Shown piece after piece: positions 10,582-19,412 of a stretch of 64,000 bases of DNA; the first letter of the stretch is position 1; every line of letters starts with the position of its first letter. The notes under the pieces are model-generated. The model made no database searches. It was not told the origin of the DNA and saw only the letters and a list, made by a program, of their open reading frames with translations. Origin of the DNA: Escherichia phage UPEC01. The translations under genes were made by a program, and so were the position numbers. The stretch is taken from sequence record MW233709. One strand, written 5' to 3'.

Positions 10582-10971
10582 ATGAATATAAACAAAATGT
10601 ATAGCGATGTGTCTCCCGACTTATCTACAAGTTGGGATAAAGACGTTGCTAAAGTAACCGGTGCAAGGTCTGTTAAGAACAGTCTTCTGGGAATAATCAC
10701 CACAAGAAAAGGGTCAAGGCCTTTTATGCCTGAATTTGGATGTGATATAAGTAATCAGCTTTTTGAGAATATCACTCCATTAATCACAGATACCATTAAA
10801 CGCAACATCGTCTCCGCTGTGCGGAACTTTGAACCAAGGATAAGCAATCTACAGGTTGCAGTTGTCCCTATGTATGATGATAACTCCATTATCGTAACGG
10901 TTCAGTTCAGCATTGTTGATGACCCTGATACCCTCGAACAAATCAGGATTCAGCTAAGTCAAAACGGTTAA
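10582..10971 (+). CDS. 25: baseplate wedge subunit gp25 (gpW/lysozyme-like fold)
   Basis: 129 aa (T4 132 aa); TAAATG coupling with gene 26; conserved position between 26 and uvsY. Confidence 0.88.
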   Translation: MNINKMYSDVSPDLSTSWDKDVAKVTGARSVKNSLLGIITTRKGSRPFMPEFGCDISNQLFENITPLITDTIKRNIVSAVRNFEPRISNLQVAVVPMYDDNSIIVTVQFSIVDDPDTLEQIRIQLSQNG

Positions 10972-11007
10972 TGCTTTAATTTTATGGCTGTATAATGGTT
11001 CTAGACC
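10972..11007 (+). promoter_or_regulatory. MotA-dependent middle promoter upstream of uvsY (ori(uvsY)-equivalent position) with GGTTCTAGACC box
   Basis: MotA box TGCTTTA 10972-10978, 12-nt spacer, TATAAT 10991-10996, then GGTTCTAGACC 10997-11007. Confidence 0.7.
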
Positions 11008-11024
11008 CTTACATTGGATACATT

Positions 11025-11459
11025 ATGAAAACAGAGATTGAATATAAGTTGGAAGTCTTTCAGGACGAGTTAGATGCAGATTTAAAAATTGATGGTACAC
11101 AACTTCAATATGAAACACAAAACAACGTTTTGTTGCATAGCAAATGGTTGAGATTGTATACCAACTGCAAGAAAGAAATAATGCGTCTTGAGATTCAGAA
11201 GAAAACTGCACTGAAAAAACGACTAGACCATTATACGGGAAGGGGTGACCCAGGGGAAGAAGTATGCATGGATGTGTACGAGAAGTCAGAATTGAAAACA
11301 GTCATGGCCGCAGATTCAAGCGTGTTGAAGATTGATACTTCAATTCAATATTGGGCACTGCTCCAGGACTTCTGTAGCGCTGCATTAGATGGTGTTAAGT
11401 CACGAAGTTTCGCACTTAAACATATGTTAGAAATAAGACAATTTGAGGCGGGCAAGTAA
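11025..11459 (+). CDS. uvsY: UvsY recombination mediator
   Basis: From ATG 11025: MKTEIEYKLEVFQDEL...LQYETQNNVLLHSKWL...YWALLQDFCSAALDGVKSRSFALKHM...FEAGK, matching T4 UvsY as recalled; MotA-box middle promoter immediately upstream. Confidence 0.9.
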   Translation: MKTEIEYKLEVFQDELDADLKIDGTQLQYETQNNVLLHSKWLRLYTNCKKEIMRLEIQKKTALKKRLDHYTGRGDPGEEVCMDVYEKSELKTVMAADSSVLKIDTSIQYWALLQDFCSAALDGVKSRSFALKHMLEIRQFEAGK

Positions 11460-11692
11460 TGCGATATTCTATCGACGATGCGTTTAACCAAGACGAAGAG
11501 TTCGAAGAAGAAATTAAGTATATGATGAAGGAATGGAAATTGAATCGTGCAGATATTCGTATCTGCGCTGACCACCCTTGTGGTGAAGATGTTATCTATG
11601 TTAAAGGTAAATTTGCGGGATACATCGATGATGCGTTCTATTCTCACAATATGGGAATAGATACTGGTATGAGATACTTTAAGGAAAATTAA
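11459..11692 (+). CDS. hypothetical protein (uvsY.-1-like)
   Basis: 77-aa ORF coupled to uvsY stop (TAATG); conserved position. Confidence 0.6.
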   Translation: MRYSIDDAFNQDEEFEEEIKYMMKEWKLNRADIRICADHPCGEDVIYVKGKFAGYIDDAFYSHNMGIDTGMRYFKEN

Positions 11693-11803
11693 ATGAAAAA
11701 TATTAGTAAGATTCTCGACGAGATGGTTATCTCTGCAAACCGAATAACCGAAATTGTTAATGAGATGAAAGCTCGTGCTGCTATTATGAAGAGCACTAAA
11801 TAG
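11693..11803 (+). CDS. hypothetical small protein (36 aa)
   Basis: ATG 11693 immediately after previous stop; reads MKNISKILDEMVISANRITEIVNEMKARAAIMKSTK; below ORF-track size cutoff. Confidence 0.35.
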   Translation: MKNISKILDEMVISANRITEIVNEMKARAAIMKSTK

Positions 11804-11831
11804 ATATGTAAGTTTAACTGAGGAGACAATC

Positions 11832-11999
11832 ATGTCAGATAAGATTTGTGTTGTCTGTAAAACTCCAATCGATTCTGCATTGGTTGTGGATACAGACCAA
11901 GGTCCGGTGCATCCGGGCGCCTGTTATAATTATGTTCAGAGTTTGCCAGTTACGGAAAATACAGAAGAGCAACTGAACGAGACCCAACTTTTAATTTAG
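11832..11999 (+). CDS. hypothetical small CxxC protein (uvsY.-2-like)
   Basis: ATG 11832 with GAGGAG RBS; reads MSDKICVVCKTPID...; 55 aa. Confidence 0.45.
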   Translation: MSDKICVVCKTPIDSALVVDTDQGPVHPGACYNYVQSLPVTENTEEQLNETQLLI

Positions 12000-12056
12000 C
12001 TAGTGTTGTTAACCATTTTTGGTTTTGCCCCTTCCTTTTGGTTGGGGCCTTTTTAT

Positions 12057-12284
12057 TTAGAAATCTTCGTCTTCGTCTTCGTCCATATCCTCAAGCTCGG
12101 CACGTTTACCGGCAAGAGCGTCACGAACACTGATATCATCGGAATCTTTCAGTTCAGCTTCTTTGCTGCGTTTCTTATAATAGCCTTCCAACTCCTTCAG
12201 ACCGTCCATGGTCTGACAGGAACCAATCTTAGCCATAAAGCCTTCAATTGATGCTTCGTACATAATTTCTTCGAAGGATTTCAT
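12057..12284 (-). CDS. uvsW.1: UvsW.1 small acidic protein
   Basis: 75 aa, MKSFEEIMYEASIEGFMAKIGSCQTMDGLKELEGYYKK...EDEDF; matches T4 UvsW.1 as recalled. Confidence 0.75.
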   Translation of the reverse strand: MKSFEEIMYEASIEGFMAKIGSCQTMDGLKELEGYYKKRSKEAELKDSDDISVRDALAGKRAELEDMDEDEDEDF

Positions 12285-12979
12285 TATATTTCCACCTGTT
12301 TAATTAAATTTCTGATTTTATATAAAGAAAGCCCCGTTGCTACAGAAGCTTGCTTCATCGAACCATATTCAATCCCGTTTAAAACCACTTTCTTAGCGGC
12401 AGGATTTTTGGATGGGTCTTTATAACGTTCTTTTGCTTTATCTGAAATTTTCTTTGATGCTTCTGGTGTATGTGATTTACCATACATCCAATTACCTTCA
12501 CCTTTATTTCTTTCGGATATAGCTTGACATTGTGCTTGAGAGTATTTATACGGATTCGCTTTCTTTGTCGCAGATATTTTATCGGCCCAAGTTATTTTGC
12601 GACCCTTTAATAATTGGCTCATATATTCTTTATGTTCTTCAGTATGGTGCTTACCATAAAAAGGATTGCCTTCACCAGTCTGAAGAACTGACATTTGTCT
12701 ACGCTCCCATCCATACGATTTATTGAATTGTCGTTGATGTGTTCGAGAGCTCATACCCATAGCAATGACGGCCTTTATAAGACCGTAATGATTGGGATGA
12801 ATTTTGGCCAATAATTTATGTGCAATAAAATGTTCTTCCGGAGTAAGGTTGACTCTGTTTTCTTGTGTATCAGGTCCACCCATACATTCTGGAATGATAT
12901 GGTGAGATTCCGTGTATCCAATCGGTTTGGAAGCCTTTCGGCTCCCAATTAAATCATCATATATTTTTTGATAATTCAA
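12284..12979 (-). CDS. free-standing HNH homing endonuclease with two NUMOD3 motifs and a C-terminal HTH-like tail (Mob-like)
   Basis: HNH core ESHHIIPECMGG...NRVNLTPEEHFIAH; NUMOD3-like repeats GEGNPFYGKHHTEEHKEYMS and GEGNWMYGKSHTPEASKKIS; TTG start overlapping uvsW stop (TTGA); last six codons IKQVEI duplicate the uvsW C-terminus. Confidence 0.85.
   Translation of the reverse strand: MNYQKIYDDLIGSRKASKPIGYTESHHIIPECMGGPDTQENRVNLTPEEHFIAHKLLAKIHPNHYGLIKAVIAMGMSSRTHQRQFNKSYGWERRQMSVLQTGEGNPFYGKHHTEEHKEYMSQLLKGRKITWADKISATKKANPYKYSQAQCQAISERNKGEGNWMYGKSHTPEASKKISDKAKERYKDPSKNPAAKKVVLNGIEYGSMKQASVATGLSLYKIRNLIKQVEI
12288..12306. repeat. 19-bp direct repeat, copy 1 (HNH gene 3' end / uvsW.1 ribosome-binding region)
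   Basis: Identical to 12980-12998. Confidence 0.9.
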
Positions 12980-14475
12980 ATTTCCACCTGTTTAATTACA
13001 TAGTTAAAACGTTCATCAGCATATCGTTGTATACGTTCAAGGCCATGTTTTAGGGCAAAGTTCAAATGAACATATTTCTTTTTAGCATTTGCCGATTTAG
13101 GTTTAACACCCATATCATCAACGATATCAAAAACGTTTGCTTGTGATTTGGATTCATGTTTTCTAAGCACACGACCAATTGTCTGGAGTACAATTACCTT
13201 TGACTTGACCGGGTGAGCGAAAATAATATGATGGAGGTTTTTAACGGAAATCCCCGTTGAGAATACACCATATGAAGCTACAACAATAATTCCCTTTCCA
13301 TTCTCTGCCATGACCTTCAGAGCATTACGAGTTTCGGTATCGACTTCCCCAGAAACATAATACACTTTTTCATGACCAGCTTCCTTAAGCATTTCAAACA
13401 TCGATTTACCATGCTCGATATTCTTAAACATCAAAAAGACGTTTTCATCTTTTTTAGAAAGCTTGAGTGCAAGGTTTGTTACCCATTTATTTCGGCGTGC
13501 AGCTTTTGTAATTACCTTGATTTCATCCTGATAAGTTTTACCTTTCATTTTAACGGTGAATTCATCAGGGTAACGAAGGAAAATACTATTTATTTTAAGG
13601 TCAGTAACCTGACCATCTTCCATTAATTTAGATGTTGATACTGGTTTAAAGATATCACCAAACAGACCCATATATTGCATAAGGTTGGCTTTGCCATCAC
13701 GGAGTGAACCTGACAGACCAAATTTAAACATGCAATTCGTAAGGCCTTCGATAACCGTCGAAATCGATTTACCTGTAGCCATATGACATTCGTCATTCAT
13801 AAACTGACCGAACTGTTCAAACCATTCTTTAGGTTGTTTTACAGCCGTCTGATAAGTCGATACATAAATCATCGCATCAGAATCGCGTTTAGTCCCGGAA
13901 CGAATACCCAGACAAGCTGCACGAGGGAAAAGCCGATAATCAACAAAGTCATTAATCATCTGGTCAACAAGGGCCGTTGTAGGAACAAGGATAAGTACCT
14001 TGCCTTCATAGTTCTCGAGATAATATCGCGCCAGAAGCGCCTGGATGAGGCTTTTACCTGCAGACGTAGGTAAGTTCAGAATCTTTCTTCTGTTGACCAG
14101 ACCATCATATACGGCGTCAGATTGATACCAATGGGGCGTTATCTTGGTATTGCCTGAATAGATTTCTTTTGACTCGACCCATTTGTCGAATTCTTCGCGA
14201 GAGATTTCTTCTTTCTCGGTGATTTGCGGGTCAATCCAGAATGAATAACCAAACTGGTCAGCGAACTTTTTAATTTGATTAACCAAACCGTATGGTAATT
14301 TACGATTGTAATCCAGGAGGCGGATTCGTCCGTCCCAAACTCCCTGCTTGAACTTTGGATTGAAGCGATAGTTTTCAGCTTCGAAGCTGAAGTAATCACG
14401 GAGTTCGTAGAAGATTCCATCTTCACATTCAACATGCACGTGACTAAAATTTAGAAAGTTGATTTTAATATCCAT
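12976..14475 (-). CDS. uvsW: UvsW DNA helicase (SF2)
   Basis: From ATG 14475: MDIKINFLNFSHVHVECEDGIFYELRDYFSFEAENYRFNP...; Walker A LPTSAGKS, DECH box MNDECHMA; about 500 aa as in T4 UvsW; late promoter 29 nt upstream. Confidence 0.9.
   Translation of the reverse strand: MDIKINFLNFSHVHVECEDGIFYELRDYFSFEAENYRFNPKFKQGVWDGRIRLLDYNRKLPYGLVNQIKKFADQFGYSFWIDPQITEKEEISREEFDKWVESKEIYSGNTKITPHWYQSDAVYDGLVNRRKILNLPTSAGKSLIQALLARYYLENYEGKVLILVPTTALVDQMINDFVDYRLFPRAACLGIRSGTKRDSDAMIYVSTYQTAVKQPKEWFEQFGQFMNDECHMATGKSISTVIEGLTNCMFKFGLSGSLRDGKANLMQYMGLFGDIFKPVSTSKLMEDGQVTDLKINSIFLRYPDEFTVKMKGKTYQDEIKVITKAARRNKWVTNLALKLSKKDENVFLMFKNIEHGKSMFEMLKEAGHEKVYYVSGEVDTETRNALKVMAENGKGIIVVASYGVFSTGISVKNLHHIIFAHPVKSKVIVLQTIGRVLRKHESKSQANVFDIVDDMGVKPKSANAKKKYVHLNFALKHGLERIQRYADERFNYVIKQVEI
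12980..12998. repeat. 19-bp direct repeat, copy 2 (uvsW 3' end)
   Basis: Identical to 12288-12306. Confidence 0.9.
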
Positions 14476-14503
14476 GATGATTCCAAGGTAATAAATATAT
14501 CTA

Positions 14504-14511
14504 TATTTATA
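14504..14511 (-). promoter_or_regulatory. late promoter TATAAATA (uvsW)
   Basis: Octamer on minus strand 29 nt upstream of uvsW ATG. Confidence 0.6.
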
Positions 14512-14529
14512 CACTAACCGAGGTTCATC

Positions 14530-15195
14530 ATGATTGACAAGAACTACATTGAGGAAATTCGTGTCCTCGAGAAAAAAGAAGCCAAAGAAAAATTAGCCGA
14601 ATACGCAGCATCACTTGGTGTTGATGTTAAGAAAACAAAAACCTTTGATAATATGTTGGCCGACCTGGAAGCAGGACTTAAAGCATTTGCTGACATGCCT
14701 ATGCCTGATGATAATGAAGGCCTGAGCATCACTGACCTTATCGACGCCGATGATGAATTGTCAGGTGCTAAATTTGATGGCGACGAGTCAGCTAAAGAAG
14801 AAGCTAAACTCTTATTTGATGCTCCAACCGAAGCAAAGGTTGAAGTTGTTGAAATCGAAGAACCAGTTGTTGTGGTTGAAGAAGATGTTCCTTTTGTCGA
14901 AGAAAAGTTCGAAGCGGCTGTTGCTAAGGTTATCGAATCTGAAAAACCTGTATTTGCTCTGCCAAAAAACTTTAGCCCGAATTTAATGCTTATTGGTAAG
15001 AACCCTGGATTCTGTACTGTTCCATGGTGGATTTATCAGTGGATTGCCGAGACTCCAGATTGGAAAGAACGTCCAACTGCTTTCCCACATCCCACCGCGC
15101 ACCAAACTCTATTCAGTTTGATTTATTACATCAATCGTAATGGGTCTGTTCTAGTACGAGAAACTCGTAACTCATCTTTTGTCACTTTAAAATAA
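14530..15195 (+). CDS. putative Inh-like protein (inhibitor of prohead protease), assignment by position only
   Basis: 221-aa acidic protein between uvsW and hoc, where T4 encodes inh (about 226 aa, recalled); no sequence-level confirmation. Confidence 0.45.
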   Translation: MIDKNYIEEIRVLEKKEAKEKLAEYAASLGVDVKKTKTFDNMLADLEAGLKAFADMPMPDDNEGLSITDLIDADDELSGAKFDGDESAKEEAKLLFDAPTEAKVEVVEIEEPVVVVEEDVPFVEEKFEAAVAKVIESEKPVFALPKNFSPNLMLIGKNPGFCTVPWWIYQWIAETPDWKERPTAFPHPTAHQTLFSLIYYINRNGSVLVRETRNSSFVTLK

Positions 15196-15204
15196 GGGTT
15201 TATT

Positions 15205-16338
15205 ATGGCTTATACCGTAACTATTGCTCCTTTGGCGGCTACGGCCGTTATTGGAGCAACAACCAATTTCACTGCGACCGGTTCCGGTGCTGCAGCTGAA
15301 GGTACCGAATCATTTGTCTGGACCGTTGATGGCGTTCCTCAATCTTCTGTGACTGCTGCAATGGATTATGTTGCTGTTGGTCCAGCAGGCAGTAAGACTA
15401 TTAAAGTTGTTGCAACAACTACACCAGCGGACGGCGAACCAGAAACAGCTGAAGCCGAAACAACTTTAACTATCCAGAATAAAACAATGCCTGCTATTAC
15501 ATTGACTTTAGACCCGGCCTCTGTTACTAAAGAAGTGGGGCAATCTCAAGTTGTTACTGCTAACGTGACAGGCGCTCCTTCTGGTGCAACAATCGCTTAT
15601 GTTTGGAAACGAAATGCCGACGTAATCGCAGGTCAAACTGGTAAAACTATTACCGTCACCGAATCAGCAGAAGCAAATTATACATTGAACTGTGAAGTTA
15701 CTGTTTCTGCACCCGATTATAATAATGGCACCGCATCTAAAGGAGCTGCGGTAACTTTTGTTAAGAAAACTATGTCGGGTGTTTCTGTTACTTTAGCACC
15801 AACCTCTATTAATGTTCCTGAAGGAACTCCGGCTTCATTTAAAGCAGATGTAGTTGGCGCACCGAGTGGAGCTACTTTTGCCTATTCTTGGAAGAAAGAC
15901 GGTTCTCCTGTAGTTGGCACCACGGATACTTTAGCAATCGATACAAGCGCCGAAGGTTCCCAGTTAATTGAAGTTTCTGTTGTTGTATCTGCTACAGATT
16001 ATAATCCTGTTACAGTTACCAAAACCGGTAATGTAACAGTCACGGCTAAAGTCGCACCAGTTCCAGAGGGTGAACTACCTTACGTTCATCCGCTGCCAGT
16101 TCGTAATTCAGCTTATATCTGGTGTGGTTGGTGGGTTATGGATGAAATTCAGAAAATGACTCTTGCTGGACAAGACTGGAAAACCGATGACCCAGATAGC
16201 CCGTATTATTTGCACCGATATACACTTCAAAAAATGATTACCGACTATCCAGAGGTTGATGTACAGGAATCTCGTAATGGTCGAATTATTCATCGCACCG
16301 CTTTAGAAACTGGTATTATATACGATTACGTTTATTAA
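15205..16338 (+). CDS. hoc: Hoc, outer capsid decoration protein with Ig-like domains
   Basis: 377 aa; repeated Ig-like segments and C-terminal ...PEGELPYVHPLPVRNSAYIWCGWWVMDEIQKMT...DWKTDDPDSPYYLHRYTLQKM... match T4 Hoc as recalled. Confidence 0.9.
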   Translation: MAYTVTIAPLAATAVIGATTNFTATGSGAAAEGTESFVWTVDGVPQSSVTAAMDYVAVGPAGSKTIKVVATTTPADGEPETAEAETTLTIQNKTMPAITLTLDPASVTKEVGQSQVVTANVTGAPSGATIAYVWKRNADVIAGQTGKTITVTESAEANYTLNCEVTVSAPDYNNGTASKGAAVTFVKKTMSGVSVTLAPTSINVPEGTPASFKADVVGAPSGATFAYSWKKDGSPVVGTTDTLAIDTSAEGSQLIEVSVVVSATDYNPVTVTKTGNVTVTAKVAPVPEGELPYVHPLPVRNSAYIWCGWWVMDEIQKMTLAGQDWKTDDPDSPYYLHRYTLQKMITDYPEVDVQESRNGRIIHRTALETGIIYDYVY

Positions 16339-16340
16339 TT

Positions 16341-16370
16341 AAAAAGGGACCTTCGGGTCCCTTTATTTTT
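16341..16370 (+). terminator. rho-independent terminator after hoc
   Basis: AAAAAGGGACCTTCGGGTCCCTTTATTTTT. Confidence 0.85.
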
Positions 16371-16459
16371 ATGGTACTGAGCAAACGTTGTCTGGACCCT
16401 TTCTCCAGTGAGTCTTTGTGGTCATACCATAACAATTGTTCATCTGACATAAAACTCCT

Positions 16460-16489
16460 GTTTACAAGTTAAAAATTCCATGTTAAGAT
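16460..16489 (+). promoter_or_regulatory. candidate early promoter (GTTTAC, 18 nt, TAAGAT)
   Basis: Upstream of ORF 16507. Confidence 0.35.
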
Positions 16490-16506
16490 AGCTTCACTAA
16501 CTCAAC

Positions 16507-16710
16507 ATGAGAATCATTATGGATAAGGTTAAAGTACATTTTCTGCATGAATCTGGCATGACATTTATTGAAATCGCCAAGGTATTAGGCGGGACTGCTA
16601 AAGAGATGGCAAAAGCCTGGGTTGATGTAGAACAAGCCAAAGCTAAATTTAAAGCGAAAGAAAAGATTGTTTATCGTAAACGTTTGAATAACAAAAAGGT
16701 GAAGAAATGA
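16507..16710 (+). CDS. hypothetical small basic protein (possible HTH)
   Basis: 67-aa ORF (alternative ATG 16519); segment MTFIEIAKVLGGTAKEMAKAW is HTH-like; candidate early promoter upstream. Confidence 0.5.
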   Translation: MRIIMDKVKVHFLHESGMTFIEIAKVLGGTAKEMAKAWVDVEQAKAKFKAKEKIVYRKRLNNKKVKK

Positions 16711-16970
16711 CATTCGCAGAAGAACTACGCCAAATGGCAAAAGAGTCACAAGATAAAGTTGCAAATGACTTTATTGCTATATTCCGCAAAGTGGCTATTG
16801 CCGCCGCTGAAAATGGCAAAGATTTTGTTAATATGGCAGTTTCTGAAAAAGAATATGAAGAAGGCAATCGTGGAAAAATATCTGATTTTCTGCGGGCAGA
16901 AAAATTTACATCATTTACCTGGAATTTTGATTGGCAAGAAAACAAGCCAACATTGTATGTAAAATTCTGA
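16707..16970 (+). CDS. hypothetical protein
   Basis: 87-aa ORF overlapping previous stop (ATGA); sits in the T4 24.2/24.3 position. Confidence 0.5.
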   Translation: MTFAEELRQMAKESQDKVANDFIAIFRKVAIAAAENGKDFVNMAVSEKEYEEGNRGKISDFLRAEKFTSFTWNFDWQENKPTLYVKF

Positions 16971-16974
16971 CCTT

Positions 16975-17013
16975 TTTGCTTCAAATAAAATTGTGGTATA
17001 ATGGTTCTAGACC
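16975..17013 (+). promoter_or_regulatory. MotA-box middle promoter upstream of rnlB with GGTTCTAGACC box
   Basis: TTTGCTTCA, 13-nt spacer, TATAAT 16997-17002, GGTTCTAGACC 17003-17013. Confidence 0.6.
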
Positions 17014-17100
17014 TTCCGATACGATTAATTTCTTTTCAGAGAAAGAAAGTATAGAGAGTCTAATTTATAATGATATTTATAACATCAAAAGTGAGAGATT

Positions 17101-18108
17101 ATGTTTAAGAAATACAACAGCCTTGAAAATCACTATAACAACAAGTTCATTGAAAAGATTCGCCTGCAAGGCTTCACCAACGGTGAATGGGTAGCTCGTG
17201 AAAAGATTCATGGTACCAACTTTTCATTAATCATTGAACAAGACAATGTGACATGTGCGAAACGCACTGGACCTATCCTACCTGCAGAAGATTTTTATGG
17301 TTATGAAATTGTATTAAAGAACTATGCAGATTCTATTAAATCTGTACAGAAACTTTTGCAGGATATTAATTACCAGGCATATCAGATTTATGGCGAGTTT
17401 GCTGGTACAGGTATTCAGAAGAATGTGAATTACGGCGATAAAGATTTCTATGTGTTTGATATCCGCGTTACTAAAGAAGATGGTTTTGAATCCGTCCTGA
17501 CTGACACACTTATGGAAGCCTTTTGTATTATTCATAAGTTTAAAGTTGCTCCGCGCCTGGCTACTGGTAGCTTTGAAGACCTTATTAAGCTACCTAATGA
17601 CCTGGATTCTGTGGTCCCTGATTACAATTTTACAGTGGATAATGCAGGATTGACTACAGCAAATACCACTGATTTTGATGCAAAGGTGGAAGGTAAAGTA
17701 TTCACTGCTGAAGGATTTGTATTAAAACCTGATGTTCCTGCCTGGTTACCTAACGGCGAGCGTGTGGCGATTAAATGCAAGAACTCTAAATTCAGCGAAA
17801 AGAAAAAGTCTGATAAGCCTATTAAGGCCGCTGTTGTGTTGTCCCAGGAAGACCTGGATATTTTATGGCAGTTCACTGATTACGTGACTGTTAACCGTAT
17901 TAATAATGTTATCAGTAAAATTGGGGAAGTATCGCCGAAGGATTTTGGGAAGGTAATGGGTTTGACTGTCCAGGATATCCTGGAAGAAGCTGGTCGTGAA
18001 GGCCTTGAATTGACCCAGTCAGAAAATCCTGTTGAAGTTAAAAAGCAACTTATCACAAATGTAAGAGAAACATTAAGACATGTTTGGATTGCATTAATTA
18101 GTGAATAA
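17101..18108 (+). CDS. rnlB: RNA ligase 2
   Basis: 335 aa; [19 protein letters not shown]...[16 protein letters not shown] (nucleotidyl-transferase lysine motif KIHGTN) ...[22 protein letters not shown] matches T4 Rnl2 as recalled. Confidence 0.9.
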   Translation: MFKKYNSLENHYNNKFIEKIRLQGFTNGEWVAREKIHGTNFSLIIEQDNVTCAKRTGPILPAEDFYGYEIVLKNYADSIKSVQKLLQDINYQAYQIYGEFAGTGIQKNVNYGDKDFYVFDIRVTKEDGFESVLTDTLMEAFCIIHKFKVAPRLATGSFEDLIKLPNDLDSVVPDYNFTVDNAGLTTANTTDFDAKVEGKVFTAEGFVLKPDVPAWLPNGERVAIKCKNSKFSEKKKSDKPIKAAVVLSQEDLDILWQFTDYVTVNRINNVISKIGEVSPKDFGKVMGLTVQDILEEAGREGLELTQSENPVEVKKQLITNVRETLRHVWIALISE

Positions 18109-18139
18109 AAAAAAGGGCCGCAAGGCCCTTATTCTTTTT
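18105..18139. terminator. bidirectional terminator between rnlB and the gene 24 paralog (GGGCC-GCAA-GGCCC)
   Basis: A8 run, GNRA-loop hairpin, T-run. Confidence 0.8.
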
Positions 18140-19412
18140 CCAGTGGCGGAAGTTTAACGCCAAGATAAGAACTCAATTGGCTTTGGTTAGCCATCTTATC
18201 CATATCAGCCCCATCAATAAGGCGGGCTTCTTTATCGTCTTTAGCAACGGTATAGGGGTTCGCTGTCAATGCATAACGAGCTAACAGTGCAACCGTAGGC
18301 TGTAAGCTTTCAGGGTCAACAATAACCTTGAATTCTCCGACCGATGTATCCCCCTCATCATCAACTTCGCTAAGTCCTTCCGTATAAGGCGCATAATACA
18401 AAGATGCGACCGTCTGACCTTCACCCATATCAGCATTTACACCGACAATAACATAATCACATGGACTATTCATATCTGCGTAAAGAGGCAAACCGTTCTT
18501 CAGAACACCATAGGCTAATTCATCCTGGTCTTCCTTTTTCTCAACCCAGCCAGAAGCGGCTAAAATAGCTGCACAACGGGAAGAAGCAACCGCATATGTA
18601 CCAGCAAACGAAGTCTGACGTTGAACTGCAGAATTCATTTCACACATATAATAATACAGGGTTCGTGCGCGGTCCTGTGCGTTATCATATTTCGGGTCAG
18701 TGAGATTCAACACACCTTTTTCAGAAACACCTTGTACCTTGAAGCGAGAACTAACAGTAATAAGGGATTGCAATACATCCTTATTAATTTCCTCTGCCAT
18801 TTGAATGCCGAGAATATTATCGATGAAGTCTGTTGCATCGAAACCGTTTGCTTCCAGGTCCTGAGCAAGCTCGACAGTTAAAGAAGTTTTCAACTTTCTG
18901 GATTTAACTTCAGTCTGCCATTTATCGATACGGAAACCAGCTTCAGCAATTTCAGGATGCCCCTTTTCAAATTTATCAGTGAAAGCAGCATCTGACATCA
19001 TTCTTATATGTCCAGCAGCAATGGCTTCAGAAATAACTTCACCTAAATCAGTTTCGAGTGTCCCGGCAAAGGGGGAAGCTTCCAGAACTTTGAATACAAC
19101 GCTTTCAAACTGAAACATATCGCCGACTGCATAAGCTTCATCTTTGTTCGTAAATTCTGGAATATTCTTACGCTCGAACATACCAATCTGACCTGCAAAT
19201 GTTGCTCCACCGAGATATGTCATTTTATCATCTGGGTTCAGAACACGAACACCATACAACGCTGCAACAGGCTGTGTAGTTTTCTGTTCGGCAACGAGTG
19301 CTTTAAAAATTCGTTTATTCGTGGCCTGGGTATAAGAAAGCAAATTAGGACGGGCGACCTGGTTGGCCGCCGTTAATGTTGATTCGTGAATTAGTGCGTT
19401 AATCTTTTGCAT
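18129..19412 (-). CDS. head vertex protein gp24 paralog (divergent second copy)
   Basis: 427 aa; aligns end-to-end with the adjacent gp24 (shared blocks TNQPVAALYG, KSRKLKT.LTVELAQD.EANGF, NKDVLQSLITVS, YAPYTEGL, ANPYTVAKDDKEARLIDG) at an estimated 55-60% identity. Confidence 0.85.
   Translation of the reverse strand: MQKINALIHESTLTAANQVARPNLLSYTQATNKRIFKALVAEQKTTQPVAALYGVRVLNPDDKMTYLGGATFAGQIGMFERKNIPEFTNKDEAYAVGDMFQFESVVFKVLEASPFAGTLETDLGEVISEAIAAGHIRMMSDAAFTDKFEKGHPEIAEAGFRIDKWQTEVKSRKLKTSLTVELAQDLEANGFDATDFIDNILGIQMAEEINKDVLQSLITVSSRFKVQGVSEKGVLNLTDPKYDNAQDRARTLYYYMCEMNSAVQRQTSFAGTYAVASSRCAAILAASGWVEKKEDQDELAYGVLKNGLPLYADMNSPCDYVIVGVNADMGEGQTVASLYYAPYTEGLSEVDDEGDTSVGEFKVIVDPESLQPTVALLARYALTANPYTVAKDDKEARLIDGADMDKMANQSQLSSYLGVKLPPLEKE

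Larger units (their letters stand above)
12288..12998 (-). mobile_element. homing-endonuclease gene insertion between uvsW and uvsW.1, bounded by 19-bp direct repeats
   Basis: Exact 19-bp repeat ATTTCCACCTGTTTAATTA at 12288-12306 and 12980-12998 brackets the HNH ORF. Confidence 0.7.

Noticed and set aside
12288-12998. The 19-bp direct repeat as a chance match
   Set aside because: A 19-mer match by chance in 64 kb is very improbable, and the copies sit in equivalent codon positions at the 3' ends of two adjacent genes.
14476-14514. N-terminal extension of UvsW to the track ORF start at 14514 (and analogous upstream starts at 27066 for gene 19, 45013 for gene 7, 50100 for gene 53, 54780 for the fifth leader-bearing gene)
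   Set aside because: Internal ATGs give N-termini matching the T4 proteins as recalled, have better ribosome-binding sites, and avoid overlap with promoters or upstream genes.
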